Positions 41,041 through 57,918 of a stretch of DNA of 64,000 nt are shown here, one piece after another (positions within the stretch are counted from its first letter, which is position 1; each line of letters opens with the position of its first letter). The stretch comes from the human T2T-CHM13v2.0 reference genome, Homo sapiens. The stretch lies in assembly GCF_009914755.1 (NCBI RefSeq), contig NC_060931.1, one strand, 5' to 3'. The position numbers and the translations under genes were made by a program. The notes beneath the pieces are model-generated. The model had not been told where the DNA came from. It searched no databases and worked only from the letters and a program-made list of their open reading frames with translations.

Positions 41041-42479
41041 TATGCCATTCATTCCCCACCACCCGCTAACTGTAGAAGTGGGGAGAGGATCTCCCGCAGG
41101 GATCCCAAAGACAGTGCTAGTGCTCTCATTGCCAAGGTAGTTTTATCTCTTTTGAAGGTAAGCTCTGCATTGAATACGTACTGGATCTTCTCGATAGAAG
41201 TTTGACCATATGCTAGAGTGGAACCCTCACGCTGCTGGTGCTGGAGAAAGCAAGGCTGTTTAGATAGATGCCAGGCAGAGAAAGCCACAGTCCAGTTTCC
41301 ATTTCCCCTGAAGAGCCAGAACCAGGGCGATGGGTCTTTCCCAGCACAAATTCAAAAAAGAACCAAACAGTTTCATTTCGACACAATGACAACCTCCCAC
41401 CTTCTCTTTATAAATTTTTGATATTTCGATCGAAATATTCTATCCTACGTTCAGCATGTTTCCATTGTTTTATATTTTACTGAAGGACCTAAAATATTTT
41501 AAAGCAGAGAAAAGAACTAAATGATAGGCAGAGAGGAGATTTAAATAAAATTTTTAAAAGCCACAAATTTACAATTGTTTTTTAAAAAGCATATCTATGT
41601 ATTTAAAATAATATAATGAATTGAATCATTTAAAATGCACCCCTGTCCTTTCAAATCTGTTTTTTTTTTTTCAAAAAATTTTTGAAAATCTAATGAGAAA
41701 TATATTTTGACATTCCAATCCAGTGAATTAGTTAAGGGAAAACTACCTAAAAAGAGGCACACTAAACTTTTCTTATCCCCAGTGGGCGGTGTTAATCATC
41801 CAGTTTGAGCCTTGTAGTTTTCATTGTCGAATACTTGGGTTCTCTCAAAGGGAAGAACGTTGGGGACTTGCATTCACTCTTTTTCAAGAGGAGATTAAAC
41901 ACAAAATCGATTTAATGGAGCATCTGTAATCTTAAATACGAGAAGTCAAGAGCTAAAGCTATAATAGAAAGGTTAGCTTTCCTCCATTGTTCACACAATC
42001 TAACTCATATTTTTGGAACTTAATTATCAATGAAAGCTACCACATCAATGCAATACAGTATAGGCAAATTACAAGAACCTTTTACTTCTCCCAACTGGGT
42101 TTAAATTGCAAATCTTAACACTGAACAGTGTGCTTTTGGCATTGAATATTCAATACAGGGAAATGTGTTTTAAGTGAACCACCCAAGGGCCCAGGAACAT
42201 TTGCTTAATAATGATACTTTGCAATTCTATAGGGCCTTTCAGGCAAGGATCTCAAGTGGAATGCTCTTTAACTATACCCTGCATGGGAAACCTTGGGAAT
42301 ATTTTAAAGTGCTCACTTAAGGCCTATTGGAAAGAATCTTTTAGTATAGATTTCACAGTATGATTTTAAGAAATGAGGTACTGCAGAATTTTCAGTCTCA
42401 GGGGTATCATATTCATGGGGATTTGGTGGTTACTGAACATTTATTAGTTACTTTATGTAAAGGTTAAAATGTACATTTT

Positions 42480-42840
42480 CTCCAACTTTTTATTTTCAAA
42501 AAATTTAAACCTACAGAAAATAATGGTACAATGAAACATTTAATTTCAAAGAACACCCATATTCCCTTCACTTAGGTTCATCAGCTTTTAACATTTTGTG
42601 ACAATTGCTTAGATTTTTCTAAGTAGATGGATAGCTAGACAGACAGACATATATGGATCTACTATATCTGAATAGATAGGTAGATGTCAGATATGATTAT
42701 TTGTTTGTTCATACACATACATAAACTTACCTCTTTTATCTATTTCAAGTAAGTGGTAAACATCACTGCACTTTATTCCTAAGTACTAAAGCGTGCCTAT
42801 CCTGATTAAAGGGTATTCTACATAACCATAAAGAATATTC
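42480..42840 (-). mobile_element. L1M 3' fragment
   Basis: TTTATTTTCAAAAAATTTAAACCTACAGAAAA...ACACCCATATTCCCTTCAC...TTAACATTTTG. Confidence 0.6.
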
Positions 42841-43872
42841 TTATTGTTGAGTTTTTAAATACATTCCAATGGTTTTATTTTATTTTTGTATTCAGAATAT
42901 CCATAAGTTTTATCAGTGTTGTCTACAAACTTAGGAAATGAGATTTAAGCCAGTACTGGTATACAAAATTCTAAAATACTGTTGTATTACCTAGGCATCT
43001 TGGGAATTTTAGAACCTGAGATTCTAATTAAGAAATTGCTGTATAACCAGATTTTAAAAACAATTGAAGAAACAAAACCATTTGCACATGCTTACAGAAC
43101 ACAAACAGAACATTTACATTTCAATCCAAACAAACAAAAAATTCTATTTTTACCTTAATATTTGATCTAAGTTATCAGAATAATGGTCTTAATTATCCAC
43201 TTCATTTTGATAGCTAGTATAGACTTGACCAAAGAGAAAATAGCACTGGCAGTTATGTACTCTGAGAAGTGTGTGTAGACAATTTATATAATTTTGCCAA
43301 AATGGCCAATTAATTGATATAATTATGAATGTCTGGACTTAGCTTTTATGGTTAAAAAAGTAAAACCTCTTGTCTTTCCAATGGTGGCTTTCTACTAGCT
43401 TTAATGATCCATATTTTTCCTTGATTGAATATTTTTGCATGCTTAATTTTAAAATATTCTCATATGTTTCAATAATATAGACATATTAATTAAAAGTAAT
43501 TAGCCAAAGACTATCAAGTACATCTTCTTGTCTCTTACAAGTCCTTGAATTATTACATAACTTAATGTGTGATTTGTCCCACTTTTGGAAATGTATATAA
43601 TTACGTATTTACCTCTACAGTGTTAGTGTCTTATACTTAATATTCACTCATTAGCATTATTCTATCTTCTGCAGAAAGCCAACTTCTAACTGCATGAAAT
43701 TCCTGGAGCTTAAAATCATCTTACAAATAAATGTAGATGAATTTTTGCAGTTTGTTAGGTGTGAAATTCATACAGCTTTATGTAAAAATTGGTGGGAATA
43801 TTAAATTTTATATATGTAATTACCTCCTTGGGTCAGAGTCACTGTTATTTTGGTTATTTTAAATGTAATTTA

Positions 43873-44838
<966 letters not shown>

Positions 44839-45015
44839 TTGTTAATCTTATCAAATAAGAACTGCAACATGAATTGGTTTAATCAGAATTTAAGCATTGG
44901 AGATATATAATCTAAATTGCAATACATGGTTTTTGACAACTGCTAATGGTTATTGTCTCTGTCCCTGAGAAATTTGTTATTACTGATCAACTGAAAGAAA
45001 TTAAGAACGACAATA

Positions 45016-45618
<603 letters not shown>

Positions 45619-45699
45619 TGAAAATATTTCTAAATAAAATTGCTATGTTTTTTCATACATTAGGAGAAGCTAGGTGATATGAAATGATCGCCAAATTAT

Positions 45700-45870
45700 A
45701 AATTGGGAAAACTAGTTTCTACTTTCGATTCCATTAATTTTCTGTATTAGGTTAGATGATCTATCACTTAGTCTAGCTAAGTCTCAGTTTGCTTATTTAT
45801 AAAATAGGGATATTACCACTCAGCCAACTCCAAAAGAGGACTCTGAGGACCCAATCAGATAATATATGTG
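45700..45870 (+). mobile_element. MIR fragment
   Basis: GTCTCAGTTTGCTTATTTATAAAATAGGGATA core. Confidence 0.6.
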
Positions 45871-47167
45871 ACTTGTCCTATTTATGGAGCACCTCCTTTA
45901 GAGAAATATAAGCAACAGATATCTGATTTCTAGACATTTACAGTCCCTGGGTAGAAGAACAAAAATGCAGGAAGGTACCACTTATGGTAGAGAAGAGAAT
46001 ACTTATTACTAAACATATTTGTTACTTTGGGTCAATAGGGAGTTACAATAAATGAATATTAAATAAAACTAGGGGTCTTTGGTTTATTATGAAAAGATAC
46101 ATGTAACAGATATGAAATATTTTGGAGACTAAAATTTTAACTTTTCAGATTTTTGTTGAGTAAACCTAAGACAAACTTAGAGCAGCCCTTATTATTTGAG
46201 ATATGTACTAAAGCTATAGAAAGATCAATAGCATACAATATATACCTAGTATGGCTAGAACAAACAGGTAATACTAATAAGTTAGGGAAAAACTGTTTGT
46301 TGGCATTTTGCATGGATTATCAGGCAAGATGGTGTTCTGAGACCTAATCAGTAACTATGGCCTTGTATCAGTATCTTATGTATAAAAAAAAGACAGCTGG
46401 CTTTAAAATATTTCTTTTTATTGAAGTAAATGGGACTCTGAGACTGTCACCCTCTTTTGTCTATTGGGGATCAGGTCCTGCCCACTTTGGGGCACTGGCT
46501 CTACATCTGTCACTCCATTCACCAATAAGTCTCAAAGTGAGGACACTACAGCTGTCCTGTTCTTTTCAACCTTTTCTGGGATGGAAGAGATGCGATGACT
46601 TGCCGGCTGGTCAAGGCTTCATCACATATTCGGCAAGTCTGTACAAGCACTATCATGTAATTGTATTGTTCTCTCTTTTGTTTGTAAAGCAGAACTTTTC
46701 AGTTTAAAAGGTCACTGGAATGTTTATTTTACTATGGGTCCCTATTTAATTATTCTACTTTGAATTGTATTTGTTAATAAAACAATAGTGACAAATCGTT
46801 AGCCATAATTTATGTTGGCCATGCACATGCGTGCATTTGCATAGCCCAAAGCAGTTAGTAAATGGAAGAGGACTGGAGGATCTAGTCGGGAGGTTCCCTT
46901 CAGGTTTCCTTCCAAACAAGGAATTACTGTTAGCTTCCCAAAAAGGATGTGGACATAGGCAAAGAATCTTTTGTGTTTGAAAGTAGCAGATTCTACTAAT
47001 TTAGTATTAATGGCTTGAATCTTTCACAGAAACTTGAATGTAGAGCAATCAAATGGTTTTTCAATTGGTTGGTGACTGGGCTGATTCTGGCCAAACTCTG
47101 CATCTTTGAGTTGGAATTTGTGGAGATCAAAGTTCACCTGGGCTTTATCTTTGCTGGGTATTATGTT

Positions 47168-47169
<2 letters not shown>

Positions 47170-47202
<33 letters not shown>
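47170..47202 (+). repeat. (TG)16 microsatellite
   Basis: Direct count. Confidence 0.95.
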
Positions 47203-47206
<4 letters not shown>

Positions 47207-47600
47207 AAAGACAAAAAAAATATGTCTTTAATTATTTCAATAGTCCTGATGGAAAGGTACTAATTGTAATTTTGAGCTCCAGAAATTTAGATCACTCCAC
47301 AGGTGGATTTGGTGCAGTTTTCAGTGAAACAGACTTTAGAGCCACCAATCAGCAAGCCAGATTCCTAGGAAGACCCCAAAACACAAATTATTGGAGAAAC
47401 ATAACAATTTCAAAGATATTTTCAATTTGGAAATTCAAATCTATTTTGTAGATTAAGACTATTTTTTCCAAAAGCCTGCTTAATTCAGGATACTTAGTGA
47501 CATAAAGAATGAAGAATATATGATTTCTACACACACACACACCACACACACACACAGAAGTTAAGAAATTTAGCTATAATTAATACCAAATAAAACAGTG

Positions 47601-47767
47601 AGGCTGGGCACAGTGGCTCACATCTGTAATCCCAGCACTTTGGGAGGCTGAGGCAGGTGGATCACAAGGTCAGGAGATTGAGACCATCCTGGCTAACATG
47701 GTGAAACCTCATCTCTACTAAAAATACAAAAAAAATTAGCCGGGCTTGGTGGCATGTGACTCAGGAA
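47601..47767 (+). mobile_element. Truncated Alu (left arm and start of right arm)
   Basis: Alu sequence stops abruptly at an LTR. Confidence 0.85.
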
Positions 47768-48130
47768 TACCTGAGACTGGGTAATTTATAAAGAAAAGAA
47801 GTTTAATTGGCTCACAGTTCTGCAGGCTGTATGGGATGTGTCACACTGTCATCTGTCTGCCTTCTGGGGAGGCTTCAGGGAGCTTTTACTCATGGCAGGA
47901 GGTGAAGCAGGAGCAGGCATGTCACATGGCCAGAGCAGGAACAAGGGAGAGTTGGGGATGTGCTGCACACTTTAAACAACCAGATCTCATGAGAACTCAC
48001 TCACTAAGAGCACCAGGCCATGAGGAATCCACCTCCATGACCCAAATGCCTCCCAACAGGCCACACTTTCAACATTGGGGATTACATTTCAACATGAGAT
48101 TTGGGTGGGGACAAACAGCCAAACTGTATA
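47768..48130 (-). mobile_element. MST (MaLR) LTR, one terminus missing
   Basis: ATACCTGAGACTGGGTAATTTATAAAGAAAAGA...ATTTCAACATGAGATTTGGGTGGGGACA. Confidence 0.85.
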
Positions 48131-48294
48131 ACTACCAATATGGAGGCCACCACCTGCAAACAGCTTGTCTTTCTCTGGACTCTAGTTCATCAAGGCTCCC
48201 TTGAACTCTTACCTTGCAATAGTGCCATAAAAAATAGGATTTTTATATTTCAATTTTTTATGTTTTTTGTTTCATCCACTACTGGAGTAAAGGT

Positions 48295-48895
48295 TTATTA
48301 GTTTTCTATTGTTGAGTAATAATTATCACAAATTTAAAAGATTAAAACAACCCACATTTATTATCTCAGTTTCTATTCCAGCATGGCTTAGTCGCTGGGA
48401 TGAACTCAACACATTGGCTGGGCTGGATGTGATTTCATCCTGGTTTGCACAGGATGAAATTAGCATATTGGCTGGGCTGCAACCTTATCTGGAGGTTTGA
48501 CTGGGGAAGAATTTACTTCTAAGATCATCACTCAGGTTGTTAGTAGAATTCATTTACTTGCAACTATTAGACTGAAGGCTCTGTATTTTTGCTCTGTCAG
48601 CTGGAGGCTGCCCTCAGTTTCCAGAGGCTGCCAACAGTGCCATGCCATGTGCTTGCTTACTTCATCAAGCCAGTAAGGAAAGTGTCTAGAGTGGGTTACC
48701 AAGATGGAATCTCATATAATGCACTATAACTATATTCAGGAGTGAATCTCATCACCCTTGCCATATTCTCTTAGTTAGAAGCAATTGACAGATTATGCTC
48801 ACACTTAAGAGAAGATTATACAAGGGCATACATACCAGGAGGAACAAATCATAAGGGCTACCCTAAAGATTGTGTGGTACCCTTCTGTCCACCAC
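48295..48895 (-). mobile_element. MLT1 (MaLR) LTR
   Basis: TATTAGTTTTCTATTG...AAACAACCCACATTTATTATCTCAGTTTCT motifs. Confidence 0.7.
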
Positions 48896-49880
48896 AGAAG
48901 GTCTTTTGTGCCCTTACACATTTTAACTGAATGTAGAAGTCCACAAGAAAACTTTAAAAAGTCCAATGTCTTTATGTGGTGGATACTACACCTTCCTATT
49001 GGATATACATATTAGGAACCTTGGAAAGAGGTAAAGACTATTCAACAACACTAGATGACAGACCCAATTCAGCACTAAGAACTATAAGGGTTGAACATTG
49101 CTTATAATATACCCATAATAGGGTAGAAGAAGCATGGTCAAAACTTATGATAAAGCTGGCAAGAAGATGTTCTAAGTGGTCATTCAGACAGAGAATAGAT
49201 TGTGCATCTTTTATTAAGTTATGGATTTCAGTAATTTAAAACCCACAATGCTGATCTCACAATTAGATCATTCTAGTCAACAAAATAAAGGCAAAACAAC
49301 TCCCAAAACTTTGTTGGTGCAGTCATTTCAAACAACGGAAAATGGACAAAAGAGACACCCTGACAAGAAAGACAATAAACACAGTCATAATCTGGTTCAC
49401 TGGACAACTGTGATTATGGGTATTTGACTCAACAATTGTAATTATGGCTAGCTACAGTGATTACTGAACACACATTACTTGGTGGCAAGTTTGTGGTCTC
49501 TTCCCTTTGTATCCAAAGGAAATACTCTACCACTGCAAAATTATAGCTAAAGAAGAATTAATGATTTCTCTCATACTGGATCATGAAGAATGAAAAGAAG
49601 AAAAGAAAACCCTATTACATATCATAGAGCTGAGAAGGTTTTCCCTCCTCAGACTTCTATACATTACATCTTTTTTCCAAATAGATATTTTTTTACCTTC
49701 TCTCCTTTTCATGACTACTAAAATATGTATCTTTATGCATTGGTTGCTTTAAAATTAAATGGTAAATTAACCTTACTAATTAAAGTTACATATCATACTG
49801 CCAAAGGCATACCATGTTGTGTGATTGTTTTTTTCATATGTGATGTAATGGATAACGTAATTTAAAAAAAATTGATTTTA

Positions 49881-50190
49881 GCCAGGCACAGTGGCTCATG
49901 CCTATAATCCCAGCACTTTGAGAGGCCAAGGCAAGTGAATCACCTGAGGTCAGGGGTTCGAGACCAGTTTGGCCAACATGGTGAAACCCTGTCTCTACTA
50001 AAAACACGAAAATTAGCTGGGTGTGGTGGTGGCTGCCTGTAATCCCAGCTACTCAGGAGGCTGAGGCAAAAGAATTGCTTGAACCCAGGAGGTGGAGGTT
50101 GCAGTGGGTTGAGATCATGCCATTGCACTCCAGCCTGGGCAACAAGAGCAAAACTCCCTCTCAAAAAATAAAAATAACATAAAAATAAAA
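49881..50190 (+). mobile_element. AluS
   Basis: Full dimer. Confidence 0.9.
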
Positions 50191-51561
50191 ACTTGGTTTT
50201 AATATATTGTTATAAAAATTCAGAATGAGGCCAAAGTAAATAGGATTACAAGACCTGTAGTGTAAATGTCTTTTCTCATTTAACGACCTCAATATCCTGT
50301 ACTCCATGTGTGTTACTGCAGTCTTAGATTGTCAACTCTTAAGACAATCTACATTATTTCTTTGTATGATTCCATGTACCTATAAGAACTTGGTAGATTT
50401 ATTTAGAAAGTAGTTATTTCAGCTTCCTTCCTTCATACCCCTCTCCTGCCCCATATACAGTGGACTCACTCTAATGTTATTTTTGGTGGGAAAATACTTA
50501 AATTGAATTTTTCTCACTGTTCATCATAGGGAGAATAATTCTCTCCCAAACCTTTACCTCTAGAAACTAAAAGCCTTTTCTTACACTGAAGGTTCTTATC
50601 TTTTGCTTTATCTTGATATGCCTAGTATTTTTTTTTACCTCTTTATATTCTTATTTCATATCTGAATCCCTACTTAATTTTTTGATCGAAAATTATAACT
50701 ATTTTGTAAGTATATATGGCACTATATTTTAAATGAGAAGATTGATTCTGCTATATATCTTTAATGAAGAAAACAGCCACTGATTGCAACAAAAGCTTTA
50801 GACATTGAAGAAAAAAAAATCTATCAGAAAGAAAAAAATTAGCTAGAGCTTGCTTTTATCCAAACATATTTAGATTCTCTTTATAGACTCTGAAAAATAG
50901 CCTGAAATACTTTGTCTTTACTTCAGCCAACTGGAGGCCACTGGGAAAGTATATCACTGTATATCAAGTAGCCATAATGATCAAATTATATACATAATCT
51001 ATCCATTTAGATGTTAACTGCTAGTAGTAATAATTTTAAATTGCAGTTATAGTCACTATGCCTTTAAAAAAAAAATCAGTGAAGACAAGTCTACTCCCAT
51101 TAACAAAGGCTACCTCAATATAAACAGACTGAAGAAAATGTGAGTTAGGGATTTCTTGTTTCTCCCTCCACAGAAGGGAGAACTTCAAGAAAAAAGTACA
51201 AAGTAATAGATCATTGGATGTGCATAAATCTTTAGAAAAATTGAGAGGCATTTGCCAAATGTGTTATGCCATTTGGGGAAAAAGTAGCTATCGGTACACA
51301 GAAAACTAAACCAATGTAATATCAAGGAAATGAACAATTCCAGGAAAAACAAAAAGATAAGTGAGAGAGAAAACATAATCAAAATATACCACTTGGCTCA
51401 GGAGTAAACAATTTTTATGTAGTCATAACACAGTAAATACCAATTATTGATTTAAGTGAAAATTTTGATATACCTATACTGGATGAATGGGGAGACAAAC
51501 GTGTATTATTTTGTAAAGCATAAGAAAGCTCAATCATTATCCATAAGAGAAAACCAATAGG

Positions 51562-51780
51562 TTATATAGATATATATATATATAGTACCATATATACATA
51601 TACATGTACATATATACAGTGCATGTATATATATACTTAATATACATTTGTATATTGTGTATACATATGACTTTTATATATATGTATTAATTATGTATAT
51701 GTATAAGTAAGTACATATTTATATATATAACAGTTATATGTTATATATATACAATATACAAATATATATATATAAATATT
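51562..51780. repeat. Degenerate (TA)n/AT-rich low complexity
   Basis: TATA/TACA-type runs. Confidence 0.85.
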
Positions 51781-52043
51781 TACTTAATTACTAAAAGAAA
51801 GAACTAAAAGTCGTTGCCTTGGGCTGTGAGGTTTGGTGAGAGGTTGGGGGTTAAGAGAATTGGGAGTGGGATAGGGAGAATTTTTAATAGTACTTGATTT
51901 TTATACCATATAGATGTATTACATAAGTAAAAATAAAAATTAAAGTAATATCTTCTTTAGCAAACAAATATGTGGCTTGAAGAAACACTTTCAAATCATA
52001 TTCTTTCACTTCCAGAAGCAGTTAATACATACATGTATGATTT

Positions 52044-52336
52044 CTGTTTGTTTTTTTTTTTGGAACGAAGTTTCGCTCTTGTTGCCCAGGCTGGAGCACA
52101 ATGGCGTGATCTCAGCTCACTGCAACCTCTGCCTCACTGCGATTCTCCTGCCTCAGCCTCCTGAGTAGCTGGGATTACAGGCACCCGCCACCACGCCCGG
52201 CTAATTTTTGTATATTTAGTAGAGACGGGGTTTCACCATGTTGACCAGGCTGGTCTTGAACTTCTGACCTAAGGTGATCCACCCGCCTCGGCCTCCCAAA
52301 GTGTTGGGATTACAGGCCTGAGTCACCACACCTGGC
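52044..52336 (-). mobile_element. AluS
   Basis: TSD ATACATGTATGATTTC. Confidence 0.92.
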
Positions 52337-52382
52337 ATACATGTATGATTTCCTAAAGACCATTTCTAATCAAAAAATTTAA

Positions 52383-52684
<302 letters not shown>

Positions 52685-52777
52685 AAAAATTGTTACTTTT
52701 GAGAATGTTAAAGTTCAGAAACCCAGTAAAATGGGCTCAGAGTTCCAATCAAACTATTTTTAAAAATCACCAGATAA

Positions 52778-53165
<388 letters not shown>

Positions 53166-53214
53166 CATCTCTTTGATTTCTTAGTTGCAAAGTGCAATGC
53201 AGTCCACATTCTTG

Positions 53215-53390
53215 GGTTTGAATAAGTCTTATTGATCATGTGATCTTGGACCAGTAGCTTAACTTCTCTAAGCATCAATTTCTTCTCTAAAATTAATGAT
53301 AAGGTAGTGTAGCTGTGAGGGTTAAATGAAATGAAATATATCAGCAAAGTGTTAAGTACATCACAGGCTTTTGCTAAATGCTAACAACTA
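53215..53390 (+). mobile_element. MIR fragment
   Basis: TGTGATCTTGG...CTTAACTTCTCTAAGCATCAATTTC...GTGAGGGTTAAATGA. Confidence 0.65.
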
Positions 53391-53987
53391 TTACTCCTTC
53401 TTTCCTTTTTCCTTTTTTTCTTTCTAGAAAGTGATTGTTGTCTTGCAACTTTGTTAATATGCATTGTCTTCTACTACTGTGTAACTAGGTGCTCTTTAAC
53501 AAGCCTATTAGTTATCTCTAGCTACATCTATTTTTATAAACAAACAAATTATGAGCCATTATTCTCTTCAGCATAATGACAGAACTAAATTCAGAACAGA
53601 ACTAAATTCTTCATAAGTATCCTAATTATATATTATGCAAGAATAGGTAACTAGTTTCTGATGTTCTGAGGAGGTAAATGGAATATTAGTTCTAATTATA
53701 TAGCACTTTCATTTGTCAAGCTTAAATTGTGTGTGTGTGTGTGTATAATTTTATAAAACCTTTGATGAAGATGGTGTATTATTATTATTTCCATTTGGCA
53801 GATGAAAAGACTGAGGTTTGAAGAAGCTGTATAGTTTGTTATAGTCTATATAATTTGTCTTTAAAAAACATTTCCTTCTGTTCTAGCATAGTGCATTATT
53901 TGTGTCAATTCATTTTAACTTCATCATTTTAGCACTATCATAAGTGCAGCTGAATAGTCATAAAACATTGTTTCAAAACTTAAATAT

Positions 53988-54285
<298 letters not shown>

Positions 54286-54419
54286 ACAACTTAAATATGT
54301 AGTTAGTCATTGATAACTTTGTGCCCAAATGGGTCATACTTTTGAATCCTAAACAGCTGCAGGTTTGATTACGTTGTTTGCTACAGGGTCACTATGACTT
54401 TCCTTCATTGATTTGCTTT

Positions 54420-54620
54420 GATTGGTTTATTTGTTCATTTATTCAACAACAGACTGCTCATCATGTGATAGGCACACTGTCTGGTACTGGGTATCCAAAC
54501 TTGAAAGGATACAGTCCTTGCCCTTAAGCAGTCCAGTGAGGAGGTCTATCTTTACGCATTTGTAACACAATGTGATTAAGGGCATAACATATTAACAAGG
54601 CTATCAGAAGAAAAGCCCCT
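54420..54620 (-). mobile_element. L2 3' fragment
   Basis: TTCATTTATTCAACAAC...AGGCACACTGT...ACAGTCCTTGCCCTTAAG. Confidence 0.6.
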
Positions 54621-54754
54621 GGGTGTGTTCAAGGAGAGTCAGGCCTGGTTTAAGCCATTACATCCTAGACTATCCAGGAGCGAAGGACCTCTCCTCTAGG
54701 ACTTGCCCTTTTCTCTCTGAGACCTGGCTCGAGGCAGATTGCATTGGCATGACT

Positions 54755-55028
54755 CTTTTTTGAGACTATGCTTTTTTGAGACCAGCAGTGACGCGATCTT
54801 GGCTCACTGCAACCTCCGCCTCCTGGAGTCAAGCAATTCTCCTGCCTCAGCTTCCTGAGTAGCGGGATTACAGGTGCCCGCCACCATGCCTGGCTAATTT
54901 TTGTATTTTTTGTAGAGACGAGGTTTCATGATGTTGGCCAGGCTAGTCACAAACTCCTGACTTCAGATGATCCACCTGCCTCGGCCTCCCAAAGTGCTAG
55001 GATCACAGGCATGAGCCACCGCGTCCAG
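54755..55028 (-). mobile_element. AluS with rearranged 3' end
   Basis: TSD TTGG(C/T)ATGAC(T/C)CTTTTTT. Confidence 0.88.
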
Positions 55029-55519
55029 TTGGTATGACCCTTTTTTAAAAACCTTCTCCCGGAAAAGGGCAATATGTTTCCATGCAGTAGGCCTCTTGGG
55101 ACCCTTAATTGTTTTCAGACTTTGGGGACAATATTCCAATCTCATCTTAATAATTGGAGTTTCTAGTTGCTAGGGCAATTGCCTTGTTGGCTTTGGATGC
55201 AGTTTTCAAGTGAGAAGCAGCCTGGGGTTAATTTTCTGGAGTCCGTTTCCTGGAGGCACCTGGGTAACATGACTACAAATTACATGCCCTATCTGTGATA
55301 CCACGCTACCTCTGGCCCCAGTTTCTTCACACTTGTATAAACAGGAGGAATATGGGATCTCCTTACTGATCTCATAATGTCTCTTCATCAGCTTGTGTGT
55401 GCTGCCCCAGTCTGTCCACTGTCCTTGTGAATTCCAGATACTGGAACGCCATGAAAAGGCATGGTGTGACCACATGGCTGATAACGTCCCTGACGTGAAA
55501 AATTTAAAGTGGAGTGTAC

Positions 55520-55740
55520 TGGCTGAGAGTGCAGTGGTTTGAGTGTTGGCTCTCGTTTGTAGTCATCTCTGGCAAGTTATTTAACTATCTAGTGTTCAGT
55601 TTCCTCATCTACAAGAATGATAAAATACAGCAGTAATCAATTTCATATAGTTGTTGTGATGATTAAGTAACAGAAACCATTATAAGTACCCAAAGCAGAA
55701 TGTTTGGCACCTAAGTGCTCTGTACATGTTGGTCATTAAT
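55520..55740 (+). mobile_element. MIR
   Basis: GGCAAGTTATTTAAC...TCAGTTTCCTCATCTACAA core. Confidence 0.7.
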
Positions 55741-56086
55741 TCATGCAGAGAAGATAGCAGGCAGTGCACACCAGCACTTTTTCCACATCTTCCCTCTAGA
55801 GTGGTGTCCCTCAGGATTGTGCTATTTCTCTCCTGGCATGTCTCACTTTGGTATTCCTCTCACTTTCAGAAAATGCATCTGGAGATGGTGACTTACCTAC
55901 TGTCTTTCCATTCTTGAAGCTACTGTGAGGTTTCCTAGGGAAGTCTAGAGAATGTAATAACTGGGACATTAGGAGTTTGTTAGATTTCACCCATCTGGTT
56001 GTGAACAGTCTAAAACTCCTTTCATTTTTTTTTTCAATTTGTACCTAGAAATTTGTTGTAGCACCAAAGGAAAATGTACACAGAGA

Positions 56087-56440
<354 letters not shown>

Positions 56441-56499
56441 TTATTTTTAAGTAGTATGCAATACCTAATAATTAAGTGTGATAAATATTATTTTTCCAC

Positions 56500-56771
56500 T
56501 AGGCGCAGTGGATCATTCCTGTAATCCTAGCATTTTGGGAGGTTGAGGCAGGCAGATCACTTGAGGCCAGCCTGGCCAACATGGCAAAACCCTGTCACTA
56601 CCAAGAATACAAAAATTAGCTAGGTCCACACCCAGGTGTCTGCCTGTAGTCCCAGCTACTTGGTTAGTCTGAGGTGGGAGAATCCCTTGAGTCCAGGAGG
56701 CTGAGGTTACAGTGAGCTGAGATCACCACTGCATTCCAGCCTGGGGATAGAGCAAGACCATGTCTCAAAAA

Positions 56772-56830
<59 letters not shown>

Positions 56831-56865
56831 TATGATGCTATATATGTAAAATGATATATATATAT
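56500..56865 (+). mobile_element. AluJ-like with A/(TA)n tail
   Basis: Diverged dimer followed by a poly-A run and (AT)n. Confidence 0.85.
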
Positions 56866-57225
56866 GTTTTCTCTATTATGTAAACAAAGTAAGGGTTATT
56901 GAGACCCTGAAAGTACAAAAAGGAACTTATTAGTAAGAAAATACAATGTAGAATATTTTCATTGAATAATGATGCATATCTTAGTCATAAACTCCATTAG
57001 AATCCCAATATTTTAACTCTAAAATTTCAGCTACAAATGATCATTTGATTACTTACGTTTTGATACTAGATATTTTATATTGTTCTAAGAATTTTTAAAA
57101 CAAAATTTCTCACGAGTGGTTAAAATAACTCTTGAAGAAAAAATATTTGATAGAAATTTGAAATATTTGCTTCCCATGAAAGTACATCTGAGTTCTAAAT
57201 GATGTGTGTAAGTATGAGTCAAAGA

Positions 57226-57536
<311 letters not shown>

Positions 57537-57621
57537 TCAAAGATGGTGTTTGGAGAATTACGTAGAGGCTAAGACTATTCACCTTCTAGAACTTACTTGT
57601 TTGTTTCCTCCATTGGTTTGA

Positions 57622-57918
<297 letters not shown>

